Positions 8,493 to 18,619 of a stretch of 64,000 nucleotides of DNA are shown here, one piece after another. Numbering within the stretch: the first letter of the stretch is position 1; each line of letters starts with the position of its first letter. The notes under the pieces are model-generated. The model ran no database searches. It was not told the origin of the DNA and saw nothing but the letters and a program-made list of their open reading frames with translations. The stretch is from Nanobdellota archaeon (GTDB taxonomy: Archaea > Nanobdellota > Nanobdellia > Pacearchaeales > GW2011-AR1), in assembly GCA_038046005.1 (NCBI GenBank), contig JBBSXB010000005.1:1-64000 (forward strand), in the 5' to 3' direction. A program made the translations under genes and the position numbers.

Positions 8493-10229
8493 TTATTTAA
8501 TCAGAGTAGTTGCAGAACTGCAAACTTGTATCCAGTGCCCATTGACTTTTTCCCATGTGCAGCCAGATTGAAGTGTTCCAAATATCAGGTTTGCTGTTGC
8601 TGCATTGTTTGCTTCATCTTTTTCCAATTTTATGTTTGCAGGATCAGCTGAAACAACAATAGCATATGCTGAATTTGTGGAGCTTGTCATACTTACGGAA
8701 ATATTAACATTACTTCCTGCAGGAATATTTACTGTTTGGTTTTTCAAAATTACCCTTGTGGTTTCTTCTTTATCATAGTAAATTTTTACAGAAACATTAT
8801 TCAGGTTTGTTTGTCCGTCGTTGTATATTGTTGCATTTATATTCACTTGCTGTCCTGGCTGAGGATTTGGATTTGATATTGTCATCGTCGTTCTTAAATC
8901 TCCATAGAATGTTATTGGAACCCATTGTCTTACACCCCAACCTGGCCCGTTAGGACCGTCATATCTGAATATTGGTTTTGTTTGATTATCAAAACTTGTA
9001 TGGCTAAGTGTTCTTCCAAATAAATCGATGACTGCCATGTCATCTGAGATTTGCCAGTTTGTTTGCCCATCTGATTTGTCTAAAGTTTCAAGATTATTAT
9101 TAGTCAAATAATAAAATCTGCTCCAATTTAATCCATAATCATCTCTTAGCATTGTAAACATCCAGGCAGTTATGTCGTAGCCAGGACTTTGCTGTATTTC
9201 ATAATCATTTCCAGTTGTATCTTTATAGTCATTATTCACATATCCTTGCCAATTCCATCCTGCCTTTCCTTGGTATAAATAAGTATCACCTGTTTCTTGA
9301 TTTATGTCTCCATAATTTGTTAAGATGTTATACATATTGTATTCGGAAAACCCTTCTGTCAACCATAATCTATTATAAATCGGTAAAGGGTTTATAGAGT
9401 GCATAGATTCATGTAACCCCCCTGAAAAATATATCCAATTATCCTCCAATTCTCCTGTATTTCCGTAATATTGTTGCCCATTAAAGTAGTAAGGTAATCG
9501 ACAGGATTGTTGGTATAATGGATTAGACAATAAAACATGAGCTTCTCCAGGCATTGCATAACCTCCCCAACATCCAGCAGTATCAATATACAAATTCAAT
9601 TTATGGCCGTAGAATTTTTCAGAACTCCATCCTGTTGTCTGTTCCATTAAGACAAGTCTTGGCTGTAATTTGTTTAGGAAATCAGTTATGTTTGCTGTGT
9701 TGTTATTATAATAGTTTTGCTCAACAAAAGCATTGAATCTTGTGTATGGGATTTGCTGCCAGGTCACAGGCGAGGCTGTTGCTGAAGCTCCAGCGTCATA
9801 GTAATCATTTTGAGAAGGATTTACATTGCCATCAATAATTATTGGAGTAGTCTTTCCGTCTGGGAAAGTTATTGTGTCCGTATCATAGTTTACTGTGTAG
9901 ATTACTCTGCCATTATCATCTTTTACTATTCTCACTGATGACCTTAAAGCTGTTGGTGTTGGCTCTGGTTTGATTATTCTTGTTGAAGTTGACCTTGTTG
10001 TTGATTTTGAAGTTGAAGAAGCTGTTTTTTTTGCCAAGCTTGATTCTAAAACTGGCTTGCTAAATATTTCCAACTGGTCGTATCCCGATAAAACATTTCC
10101 TATAGTTTCTCCAACATAAACCATTTTGTTTGAGCTACTTTTGCTTCCTTGGATTATGACTATGAACGTTGTATTTACAATAAGCAGTACGCTGACCAGA
10201 ACAGCCAAAAATAATACATTTTTATCCAT
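8493..10229 (-). CDS. Membrane-anchored gluzincin metallopeptidase-like protein with CARDB-like domain
   Basis: N-terminal TM segment, S/T-rich linker, HESMH followed by WLTEGFSEY, C-terminal Ig-like domain ending DPAN..LEKDEANN. Confidence 0.7.
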   Translation of the reverse strand: MDKNVLFLAVLVSVLLIVNTTFIVIIQGSKSSSNKMVYVGETIGNVLSGYDQLEIFSKPVLESSLAKKTASSTSKSTTRSTSTRIIKPEPTPTALRSSVRIVKDDNGRVIYTVNYDTDTITFPDGKTTPIIIDGNVNPSQNDYYDAGASATASPVTWQQIPYTRFNAFVEQNYYNNNTANITDFLNKLQPRLVLMEQTTGWSSEKFYGHKLNLYIDTAGCWGGYAMPGEAHVLLSNPLYQQSCRLPYYFNGQQYYGNTGELEDNWIYFSGGLHESMHSINPLPIYNRLWLTEGFSEYNMYNILTNYGDINQETGDTYLYQGKAGWNWQGYVNNDYKDTTGNDYEIQQSPGYDITAWMFTMLRDDYGLNWSRFYYLTNNNLETLDKSDGQTNWQISDDMAVIDLFGRTLSHTSFDNQTKPIFRYDGPNGPGWGVRQWVPITFYGDLRTTMTISNPNPQPGQQVNINATIYNDGQTNLNNVSVKIYYDKEETTRVILKNQTVNIPAGSNVNISVSMTSSTNSAYAIVVSADPANIKLEKDEANNAATANLIFGTLQSGCTWEKVNGHWIQVCSSATTLIK

Positions 10230-10364
10230 CAGTTTTTAAGCATTTTAGAATATTTAAGGTTTTTGGAGTGGTGGTAGGTTTAAAAACACTATAAAAAAAT
10301 TTGTGGTGTTGTTACTATTGCATAACGAAAGCTTTATAAATGTTTTCTATTTTTAGTTGTTAGG

Positions 10365-10874
10365 ATGGAAAAAGTCAATAATATGGAAGAAAATTTAAAT
10401 AAGAATGAAGAAGTTAATTTTGAGAATGATTGTACTTTTTGTAAAATAGCAAAGGGAGAAATTTCATGCCATAAAATTCATGAAAATGATGATTTTATTG
10501 CTTTTTTAGATATATTCCCAAATACTAAAGGTATGACTGTAGTTTCCACAAAAAAACATTTTAATTCTGATGTTTTAAATATGGATCAGGAGGAATATAA
10601 TAAATTTTTATTGTTTGCTAGAAAAGTTTCCCATCTTTTAGAAAAGAAATTAGATGTTAAAAGAGTTGCTTTAGTAATAGAAGGATTGGGTGTAAACCAT
10701 GCTCATATAAAACTATATCCAATGCATGGGCTAACTAACAAATTTAAGTCAATGCAAAACCCCCAACGAATATTTTTAGAGAAATATGAGGGATATGTTA
10801 CAACATTAATGGGTGAAAAAGCAAATGATGAAGAATTAAAAAAGTTAGCAAGTAAAATAAGAGGTGATTTATGA
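10365..10874 (+). CDS. HIT family nucleotide hydrolase
   Basis: DCTFCKI, AFLDIFP...G, and a variant triad HAHIK. Confidence 0.88.
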   Translation: MEKVNNMEENLNKNEEVNFENDCTFCKIAKGEISCHKIHENDDFIAFLDIFPNTKGMTVVSTKKHFNSDVLNMDQEEYNKFLLFARKVSHLLEKKLDVKRVALVIEGLGVNHAHIKLYPMHGLTNKFKSMQNPQRIFLEKYEGYVTTLMGEKANDEELKKLASKIRGDL

Positions 10875-12001
10875 TAGGCCCGTATAAGGCAGGCAAAGAA
10901 GGAAGAATAACTTATAAAGGAAATAAAATATTTTCACCTTTAAATGATATTAGGGTTATGAGAATTAATCCACACACTATAGGGGATAGAGTTAATTCTA
11001 TTCATGATGATGATATGTACTCCCATATTTCTAAGATTAATGACACAATAAATTCTTCTACAGTTAACTATTTCAGCGAGTTAGGTGCTTTGTTTATTCC
11101 CCTTCCTTTAACAACAAGAATGATTTCGCCACCAGGAGCAGTTTATGGGAGAGGAAAAATAAATTGTACTACAGACACTTGCCCTATAACTTTAGACTGG
11201 TTTGATTTGTCGAAAAAAGCATTTTTATCTGAATCATCACAGATTTATCTAGAATTAGCCCTTCTTCAAACTAATATTAATCATGTTTTTGCTAATTATA
11301 ATTCTTTTAGAAAAGAAAAAGCAGATGCAACACATTTATCTGAATTTCATCATATAGAATATGAGGGAAAAGTGAATCAAAATAGGAATCTAGAAATTGC
11401 TGGAGGATTATTAAAAAGAATAGTCAAGGATTTAACTAGCAGAAATGTTTCTGATTTAATGTATTTTGTTAATGAAAAAAGTGTGGCTGAATTAAATTCT
11501 ATGTTAGGAAAAACAATTCCTATAGTTACTTTAAAAGATGCTTTAGATTTGTTGTATAAATCAACACACGATGAAAAATACAAAGAATTTACACTAAAAA
11601 ATTTTAATGCGTGGGAAGAAATTAAATTAACTGAATTAGTTGGTGGGATAGTCGGTGTTTCTGAAATGCCTCTTTTAGAGGTTCCATTTTATCACGCTAA
11701 AAAAGATGGAAGTGAGGTATTAGCTGCAGATAATTGTGATATTATATTGCCAGGATATAGAGAAACTATCGGCAGTGGCCATAGAGTAAGATCTACAAGC
11801 GAACTAGAAGAAAAAGCAGTTTTATTTAATCTACCAAGAGAAGATTACGAACCTTATTTACAATCTAGAAGATTTGCAGACTATGAAGAAACTTCTGGTT
11901 TTGGTTTAGGGTGGGAAAGGTTTCTCCAAGGATTATTAGAAATGCCTTTTGTTTATTCTGCATCACTATTCCCAAGAATTGATTCAATTCTTAAACCTTA
12001 A
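10871..12001 (+). CDS. Class IIb aaRS catalytic-domain paralog (AsnRS2/asparagine synthetase A-like), no anticodon-binding domain
   Basis: SSQIYLE, motif 2 FRKE...HLSEF, motif 3 GFGLGWER, FPR; no OB-fold; GAGGTGA SD upstream. Confidence 0.8.
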   Translation: MIGPYKAGKEGRITYKGNKIFSPLNDIRVMRINPHTIGDRVNSIHDDDMYSHISKINDTINSSTVNYFSELGALFIPLPLTTRMISPPGAVYGRGKINCTTDTCPITLDWFDLSKKAFLSESSQIYLELALLQTNINHVFANYNSFRKEKADATHLSEFHHIEYEGKVNQNRNLEIAGGLLKRIVKDLTSRNVSDLMYFVNEKSVAELNSMLGKTIPIVTLKDALDLLYKSTHDEKYKEFTLKNFNAWEEIKLTELVGGIVGVSEMPLLEVPFYHAKKDGSEVLAADNCDIILPGYRETIGSGHRVRSTSELEEKAVLFNLPREDYEPYLQSRRFADYEETSGFGLGWERFLQGLLEMPFVYSASLFPRIDSILKP

Positions 12002-12003
12002 AA

Positions 12004-12846
12004 ATGGTATCCTACAATCCATCACCTACAGAAATAGAAAGTTTGGACTATTCTAGATTTGTCTCTCTGATAGATGAAAGAAATAGATGTTCTGGAGGAA
12101 TAAGGTCAGTTAATGAAGTTATAATTAACAGTAGATTAAATAATAAGAGTAATGTTTTAGAGATAGGATGTAATACTGGATTTACCTCTATTAATCTTGC
12201 TTATCTTTCTGGATGCAAAGTTGTTGGTGTAGACATTAATGGAGAATCTTTAGAGTTAGCAAGACAATATGCTAAAAGAAATGGGTTAGAAGACCAAGTT
12301 AATTTTCAATTTGGCAATGCTGAAAATTTAAGTTTTCCAGATGAAACATTTGATTTAGTGTGGGCAAGTAACGTTACTTCCTTTATGAAAAACGGAGAAG
12401 TTGCAATATCTGAATATTTAAGAGTTCTAAAGTTTGGCGGTACCTTTTCTTCAATTCCTATTTATTACAGAAGAAATCCACCAAAAGAGTTAGTATCGGA
12501 AGTTTCGAAAGCTATTGGAAACAGAATAGAAATTTACACAAAAAATTCTTGGGAAAAGTTGTTTGAAAGAACCTCAAAAAATTTAGGTATGCCCATTGAA
12601 CTTTATTACGTGAGAGATTTTGAATATGAAGATGTTGATGATAAAATTGATAATTTTATTAAATTGGTTCTAGACAAACCAAATTTAAGGAGAATGGATA
12701 ATACCCAAAAAGAAGCAATAAACAAGAAGGCTAAGTATTTTTACAATTTATTTAACAAAAATCTTCAATATTGTGGTTATAGCATTCTTTTATATCAAAA
12801 AAGAAGAGAACAAGATGAAGTAGAACTTTTTTTGACTAGCCTGTAA
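12004..12846 (+). CDS. Class I SAM-dependent methyltransferase
   Basis: VLEIGCNTG, GVDIN, FDLV, RVLKFGG. Confidence 0.88.
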   Translation: MVSYNPSPTEIESLDYSRFVSLIDERNRCSGGIRSVNEVIINSRLNNKSNVLEIGCNTGFTSINLAYLSGCKVVGVDINGESLELARQYAKRNGLEDQVNFQFGNAENLSFPDETFDLVWASNVTSFMKNGEVAISEYLRVLKFGGTFSSIPIYYRRNPPKELVSEVSKAIGNRIEIYTKNSWEKLFERTSKNLGMPIELYYVRDFEYEDVDDKIDNFIKLVLDKPNLRRMDNTQKEAINKKAKYFYNLFNKNLQYCGYSILLYQKRREQDEVELFLTSL

Positions 12847-12849
12847 AAA

Positions 12850-13833
12850 ATGACTAAAATTTTTGATTCACAAATGAACTTAGGTAGAAATGTATTTGGT
12901 CCTGATTCTACTATAGAAGATTATTTGGATAATGCACACGCCGAGGGAGTTATCAAAACGATAGCGATTCCCACAGGAACCCATGAACTAAGACTTCCTA
13001 GTGGGATTATTGAAAGGTCATGTCTATGGTCTAAAGACTATAAAGGAATTGTTTTTAGAAGAATTCTATTAAATGAAAATGGTGACATTTTAGAAGAACA
13101 AACAAACCCAACAAATCCCTATTCTTTAATGAATGCGTTTTGTTATGCCAACATCAGTGAACTAAATAACAAACAAAATAAAATAATGTTTTATTTTTGT
13201 CCAAAACTACATCCAACTCTAGACACAGAAGATGAAGTAAGTAAATACTTGCCTCTCAAAGAAGTTGTCGCTTTTAAGATTCAAGGACTTTCTTCTTATA
13301 CTACTACTAAAGATGTTCCTTACTGGTTGATTAGGCTTCTTAAAACAAGTCACAAACCTCTTATGATACATACTGACTATAGAGCCAAGAAGAGAGCAGA
13401 TGGGCTGGATGAAATAGTAAAAGGTAATAGGGCATCAGCGTGGGCTAATTGGGCTGTTCAAAATAATTTGAAATGCTATTTGGCTCATGGATTATGCTTA
13501 GACGCGAAAGCAATCGATATAGTGAATAATTCAGAATTGTTTATGGTTGGACTTGGACCAGATCTTATGCTTAATCAAGAGAAAAACAGTCTTGCTATCT
13601 ACAATGTAGATTATCTAACTTTTTTGTTTAGCAAGGTCAAACCTGAAAAAATTTGTTTTAACTATGATTATCGTTGGAACGTTCTTAAAAGAGGAGAGTG
13701 GAACAGTCTTGATTGGGATTCTCCCCATAGGATAAAAGAATGTGCTATAAAATTAGGGCGCACAGAAAGCTTTTTAAGAAACATCCTTTTTAATAATGCT
13801 ATGGGATTTTTTAATATAGGAGAAGAAAAATGA
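12850..13833 (+). CDS. Amidohydrolase-like TIM-barrel protein
   Basis: FK, IHTD, LAHG, NYDY and final NNA..FF pattern; the first metal motif is degenerate (DSQMN). Confidence 0.6.
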   Translation: MTKIFDSQMNLGRNVFGPDSTIEDYLDNAHAEGVIKTIAIPTGTHELRLPSGIIERSCLWSKDYKGIVFRRILLNENGDILEEQTNPTNPYSLMNAFCYANISELNNKQNKIMFYFCPKLHPTLDTEDEVSKYLPLKEVVAFKIQGLSSYTTTKDVPYWLIRLLKTSHKPLMIHTDYRAKKRADGLDEIVKGNRASAWANWAVQNNLKCYLAHGLCLDAKAIDIVNNSELFMVGLGPDLMLNQEKNSLAIYNVDYLTFLFSKVKPEKICFNYDYRWNVLKRGEWNSLDWDSPHRIKECAIKLGRTESFLRNILFNNAMGFFNIGEEK

Positions 13834-14597
13834 GCTGGCAAGAGTGGTATACTCGATATGCTAAATATTATCATATACTAGATGGTGCTAGTGTTGACTA
13901 TTTCCAGTTTGCCAAAAAGTTAGATATGATTTTTAAAAAACATAAAATTAAGAAAATCTTAGATTTTGCTTGTGGGATTGGTAATTTAAGCATTGAATTA
14001 AAAAAGTTAGGTTATGATGTTATTGGTGTTGATTTAAACAAGGCTATGATTAATGAAGCCTTATTAAATTCAAAGAAAGAAAAAGTTTCTTTTGAGATTA
14101 TAGAAAGGGATCTTAGAAAAGATTTTATTGGTAAATTTGATGCTATTATTTGTACATACAATTATGTAGGTCATTTTTCTAAAGAAGAATTTATTAAAAT
14201 TATTGATAATTTTAAAAGAAATCTGAATAAGGGGGGATTAATCTTTTTTGATATATTCAATTTTAGATTTATGGACAAGAAATTTAAAGATGATCTATTT
14301 ATTGATGCTTCTCGTACTATTAATGAAATATCTGCAACAAGATTTAATCAGAATAAATTAGATAAAAAAAACAAAGTCATGAAAATAAATCAGATAACTT
14401 TCATAGAGGATAGAACATTAAAGATGTATAATGATTCTTGGGATTTAAAGATATACACATTAGAAGAAATCAATAAGATATTAGAAGATAATTTTGAAAT
14501 AATAGAAATCTATGGGAGTATTTTTGGAGATTCTATGCTTTGTCCGTATTCAGATGATAAGGAATGTATTGTAATTTTAGGTAAACTTAAGAATTAA
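13830..14597 (+). CDS. Class I SAM-dependent methyltransferase
   Basis: ILDFACGIG, GVDLN, FDAI, LNKGG. Confidence 0.88.
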   Translation: MSWQEWYTRYAKYYHILDGASVDYFQFAKKLDMIFKKHKIKKILDFACGIGNLSIELKKLGYDVIGVDLNKAMINEALLNSKKEKVSFEIIERDLRKDFIGKFDAIICTYNYVGHFSKEEFIKIIDNFKRNLNKGGLIFFDIFNFRFMDKKFKDDLFIDASRTINEISATRFNQNKLDKKNKVMKINQITFIEDRTLKMYNDSWDLKIYTLEEINKILEDNFEIIEIYGSIFGDSMLCPYSDDKECIVILGKLKN

Positions 14598-14692
14598 AAA
14601 ATAGTAGTCTTCATGTTAAATCATTAACGGATTTAGTTGCCCATCTTCAATCGAAAAGATTAAATATTTATTATGTTGATATAACTGTATCA

Positions 14693-15274
14693 ATGACATT
14701 AATGCAAACAAATTTAGAGGATTTTGAAGATGTAGTTAAAACCGCAATAAAAACAGGAGCAAAAAAGGTTGGTTTTAAAACTTATGTTCCAGACAGAAAA
14801 TTAGGAGTAGAAGATCCTGAATATGTTGGGGCTGCAGATGCTCTTCTAGTATTTAGAAGAACTGGAGAATTAATGGAACAATACGGAGATAAAATAATGA
14901 TTTTAAATTCAGATGTTTTATGGCAAATTATTGAACCTACAAATCCAAAAATAGATGAGGCAAAAACATGTAATAAATATTTGACTGGATGTTCTGCTGG
15001 TTATATGGCTCTTTCAGTTTTGTCAGATGGTACAGTTTACCCTTGCAGAAGATTACCTATCTCTATTGGAAATATTAGGGAGGGAATTAGCAGTTTAATT
15101 ATAGAGAGTGAAGTTATGCAAGAACTAAGAGATTTAGATAAGATAAGGAGAAATACACTCTGTGATAAAGTTGTTCATTGCAGAGGTTGTAGAGCTGTTG
15201 CCTATGCAGTAACTGGAGATTACATGGCTAAAGATCCAATGTGTTTTAAACACCTTCTAGGGGAAAAGAAATGA
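14693..15274 (+). pseudogene. 5'-truncated radical SAM/SPASM protein
   Basis: SPASM Cys pattern (CSAG...DGTVYPC...CDKVVHCRGCR...DPMC) but no CxxxCxxC; the ORF begins mid-barrel. Confidence 0.75.
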
Positions 15275-15813
15275 TCAATGTTAAAGAAATAAAAAAAGAA
15301 TTTTTAATACATCTGTTGGAAAAACCAATAAACAAAATATTAGATCTCGGATGTGGAAATGGATTTATGTCTAAATTTTTTCATAAAAAAGGAGCAAAGG
15401 CTGTAGGAATAGACATCCAAGAAATTTCGGAAGATTCTGAAAATTTTAAATTTGTAAAAGGAGATATTAAAAAAGAAGACTTTGGAACAGAAAATAATTT
15501 AATTATTGCTTCATTGATTTTACATTTTTTGGGTAAAGAGGATGCTTTAAAAGTAATTAATGAAATGAAAGAAGCAACTTCTAAAGAAGGTTATAATCTT
15601 TTAGTTTGTATGTCTGATGAAGATGATCTTGCAAAGAAAAAATCAGAAAAATTTTATCCCAGTTTTAAAGAATTAACTGAAACCTATAATGATTGGCATT
15701 TAGTAAAAGAGGTTAGAGGCATAACAGAAATAGAAGACCACGATGACCTTGGCTCTCACCAACATAACCTAATCTTTTTATTATTTCAAAAAGGAAAAAC
15801 AAAGAAGAAGTAA
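15271..15813 (+). CDS. SAM-dependent methyltransferase (TehB-like)
   Basis: ILDLGCGNG, ILHFL, GYNL. Confidence 0.8.
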   Translation: MINVKEIKKEFLIHLLEKPINKILDLGCGNGFMSKFFHKKGAKAVGIDIQEISEDSENFKFVKGDIKKEDFGTENNLIIASLILHFLGKEDALKVINEMKEATSKEGYNLLVCMSDEDDLAKKKSEKFYPSFKELTETYNDWHLVKEVRGITEIEDHDDLGSHQHNLIFLLFQKGKTKKK

Positions 15814-15815
15814 AA

Positions 15816-16487
15816 ATGCCAACAGTTACATTTAAACTAGACAAGGATAGAGATATTCGTAATGTTTGGGAATTATGCAATATGACATTACCTTGGACAG
15901 AATCTACAGAAAAAAAGCCCTTGGAAAGGGATTATCAAGATTTGTTTAGAAATAGGAGTTTTGAAGAATGTAGAGAAGAAATTTGGAATTCTATAAAAGG
16001 ATTATATTCTTTAGGAATTGTTGATGCATTTACTGCTAGTGCCAAAAAATCATGGGAGGGATTAAATCAAGAATATTTTTTAAGGCTTGAAAGGGTTACC
16101 GGTAGGGCAGTATATACACAGAATTTTGTAGCATATACCACTACAGTTGGGAGATGCCCTTATAATATCCAAGATAATTCTTTTATGCTTTCTATCAGAA
16201 GACCTCTTTTGCAATGTCTGCGTACTTCCGGACACGAATTAATGCATTTACAATTTAGCCATTATTTTTTGGACAAAATGGTAGCACAAATTGGAAATGC
16301 AAAAACAGCTGATTTAAATGAATCATTAACTGTTTTATTAAATCTAGAATTTGAAGATTTGTGGTTAGTTGAAGATAGAGGTTATCCTAGTCATGAAAAA
16401 CTTCGAGAGTTTATTGCACTGGAGTGGAAAAAAGAAAAAGATTTTGATGTTCTTTTAGAAAAATGTGTTGGGTATTTGAAAGGATAG
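15816..16487 (+). CDS. Hypothetical protein with HExxH motif
   Basis: HELMH followed by a downstream LNE; possible zincin. Confidence 0.55.
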   Translation: MPTVTFKLDKDRDIRNVWELCNMTLPWTESTEKKPLERDYQDLFRNRSFEECREEIWNSIKGLYSLGIVDAFTASAKKSWEGLNQEYFLRLERVTGRAVYTQNFVAYTTTVGRCPYNIQDNSFMLSIRRPLLQCLRTSGHELMHLQFSHYFLDKMVAQIGNAKTADLNESLTVLLNLEFEDLWLVEDRGYPSHEKLREFIALEWKKEKDFDVLLEKCVGYLKG

Positions 16488-16532
16488 ATTTCTAATCATC
16501 AAATTTAAATAAATCAAAAAGAACAGTATAAC

Positions 16533-17267
16533 ATGAAACTAAAGATTTTGACTCTCAATATCTGGAGATATTATGATTGGGAAAAGAGAAAAAAGAAAGT
16601 TATCAACTTTTTGAAAGAACAAAATGCAGATATAGTTTTTATTCAGGAAGCTGCCTTTGATGAAAGGCTTAAAGAAAAATATGAAAATCAAGTGGATGAA
16701 ATAAATAAAGAGTTAAATTATGGGTCATTTAATTTTCTAAAAATGAGAAGGATGACTAAATGGCACGAAAAGCCTATTGACTGGGAAATGTGGTATGGGC
16801 TAGGCATTTTGTCTAAATTTCCAATAAAAAAATCAGAATTAGTGATTCTTCCACATGTAAAGAAAGACAAAAATTCCGGATTTTTGCATACTAAAGCAGA
16901 AATTTCTCACGGAGATTTGGACTTAATAAATGTCCATTTTGAAAATACGGATGAAGGATCTAAAGAGCATTTAAAATATGTTTTAGAATGGTGCAAAAAA
17001 AGAAACATAAAACCAATAATTGCAGGAGACTTTAATATGCGGAAGACAGGAACATTAATTGAACTTTCTGACAAAGAATATGGCATTTCATATAAATTGA
17101 AGCCATATTTTTCTTTTATGCCGACTGATTTTTCCAACAACAAGGAGCCAATTACATTAGACTATATATTAGCACATAAGGAGAAATTTAAAGTATTGGA
17201 TGTAAAATGCACACAGAATAACATATCCGATCATAATCCCGTTATAGCTTTTTTAGAATTAATCTAA
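16533..17267 (+). CDS. Endonuclease/exonuclease/phosphatase (EEP) family protein
   Basis: LTLNI, IQE, NVHF, AGDFN, LDYI, SDH. Confidence 0.9.
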   Translation: MKLKILTLNIWRYYDWEKRKKKVINFLKEQNADIVFIQEAAFDERLKEKYENQVDEINKELNYGSFNFLKMRRMTKWHEKPIDWEMWYGLGILSKFPIKKSELVILPHVKKDKNSGFLHTKAEISHGDLDLINVHFENTDEGSKEHLKYVLEWCKKRNIKPIIAGDFNMRKTGTLIELSDKEYGISYKLKPYFSFMPTDFSNNKEPITLDYILAHKEKFKVLDVKCTQNNISDHNPVIAFLELI

Positions 17268-17272
17268 TAAAC

Positions 17273-18457
17273 TCACTCACTCTTCTTATCTCTAGCCAAA
17301 AATCCCCACCAGGAAGATTTTGTCTTTGTTATTTCTCCTGTTTCAGGGTCAATTTCTGTTACAACTCTTTCCCTGACTGGAACAGTCCAAAGAAGTCTTG
17401 CGTTCTTTTTTCCTTTGTATTCGTAGAATCCATCATCTTTCAATTCTATTTCTTCATCTTCTAACTCAATTTTTTCTTTTTCCCTGAATTTTATCTTTAA
17501 TTGGTCAGGGGTTATTTTTATTATTTTAATGTCTCCATTTCCAAATTCTCCTATCAATGTTCCATTTTCGCTGTATATTGATATGTTTGTTGTTACATTG
17601 ACTCCTTGTATTTGTATTATTATGTTTCCTGATTTTCCTGCAAATATTGTCATTTGCCTACCTCCTCCTTCAAGAGGGCATTTCATTACAACTCCAGTAC
17701 ATGTGCAATTTTCAGGACATGTTTGGCCTGTTCTATCTTCGAACTTTATTCTTTGCTTTTCTTTTACTTCAAATTTTCCTCTGCATAAAGAGGTGTCATT
17801 CATTATTTCTTTGGTGAATATTTTGTCTTTCTTATTTTCTCTTGATGTGCAGGAATCTCTATCTATCCATAAATATTTTGTTCTTTCTTCAAACCCATTT
17901 TTTATTTCCTGTTTCATATATAGTTTGCAGCAAACTTTGTCATTGAAATCATCATTATCTCCATCAGTTTCGTTTTCATCATCGTCTTCTGTTTCATTGT
18001 CATCATCATCATCTATAACACATCTTCCATCTTCACATTCTTTTCCAGAAGGGCAATCAGAGTCCTCATCACATGTTGTTGTAGTTACGTTTGCCTTGCA
18101 TCTTCCATCTAAGCATATTTCTGGGCAAGTGTAGTTTATGAATGAAGTTGTATTTTCTGAGCAATAGCCCTCTGATAAAATTTTGTCAGTTAAGCAAATG
18201 TCATATGTCTTATCTGATGTTACATTAGTGCAGTCATTTCCTGTGCATCCTGTTCCAGTGTACACTCTTCCTTTTTCTCCATAGTCTTTTCCGCCATCTG
18301 TGTCTATGCAACTTGTAATTAATGTGTTGTTTGTTTCATTGTTTGTAGAATTCGTTTCATTCTCAGGTGCAGGAACAAAAGCTATCAAAAAAAGTACTGT
18401 TAAAAGTCCTAACCCAACTAGCACAACTTCTCTCCCCATTTTAAACTCTTTTTGCAT
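17273..18457 (-). CDS. Secreted Cys-rich surface protein
   Basis: Signal peptide, CIDTDGG Cys-rich module, acidic tract, many NxT/S sequons. Confidence 0.7.
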   Translation of the reverse strand: MQKEFKMGREVVLVGLGLLTVLFLIAFVPAPENETNSTNNETNNTLITSCIDTDGGKDYGEKGRVYTGTGCTGNDCTNVTSDKTYDICLTDKILSEGYCSENTTSFINYTCPEICLDGRCKANVTTTTCDEDSDCPSGKECEDGRCVIDDDDDNETEDDDENETDGDNDDFNDKVCCKLYMKQEIKNGFEERTKYLWIDRDSCTSRENKKDKIFTKEIMNDTSLCRGKFEVKEKQRIKFEDRTGQTCPENCTCTGVVMKCPLEGGGRQMTIFAGKSGNIIIQIQGVNVTTNISIYSENGTLIGEFGNGDIKIIKITPDQLKIKFREKEKIELEDEEIELKDDGFYEYKGKKNARLLWTVPVRERVVTEIDPETGEITKTKSSWWGFLARDKKSE

Positions 18458-18619
18458 TTAAGGATTAGAAATCTAGAGTTTAAATATGTTTTTGTTGTGA
18501 AATACAAGTGTTGGCTATTAATATAATGGGAATTTTGTTTATTATCGCGAACAATTGATGTGATTTTAATGATAAAAAGTGAGCAATTAGCTGTATTGGG
18601 CTTATAGTGGTGATATATT

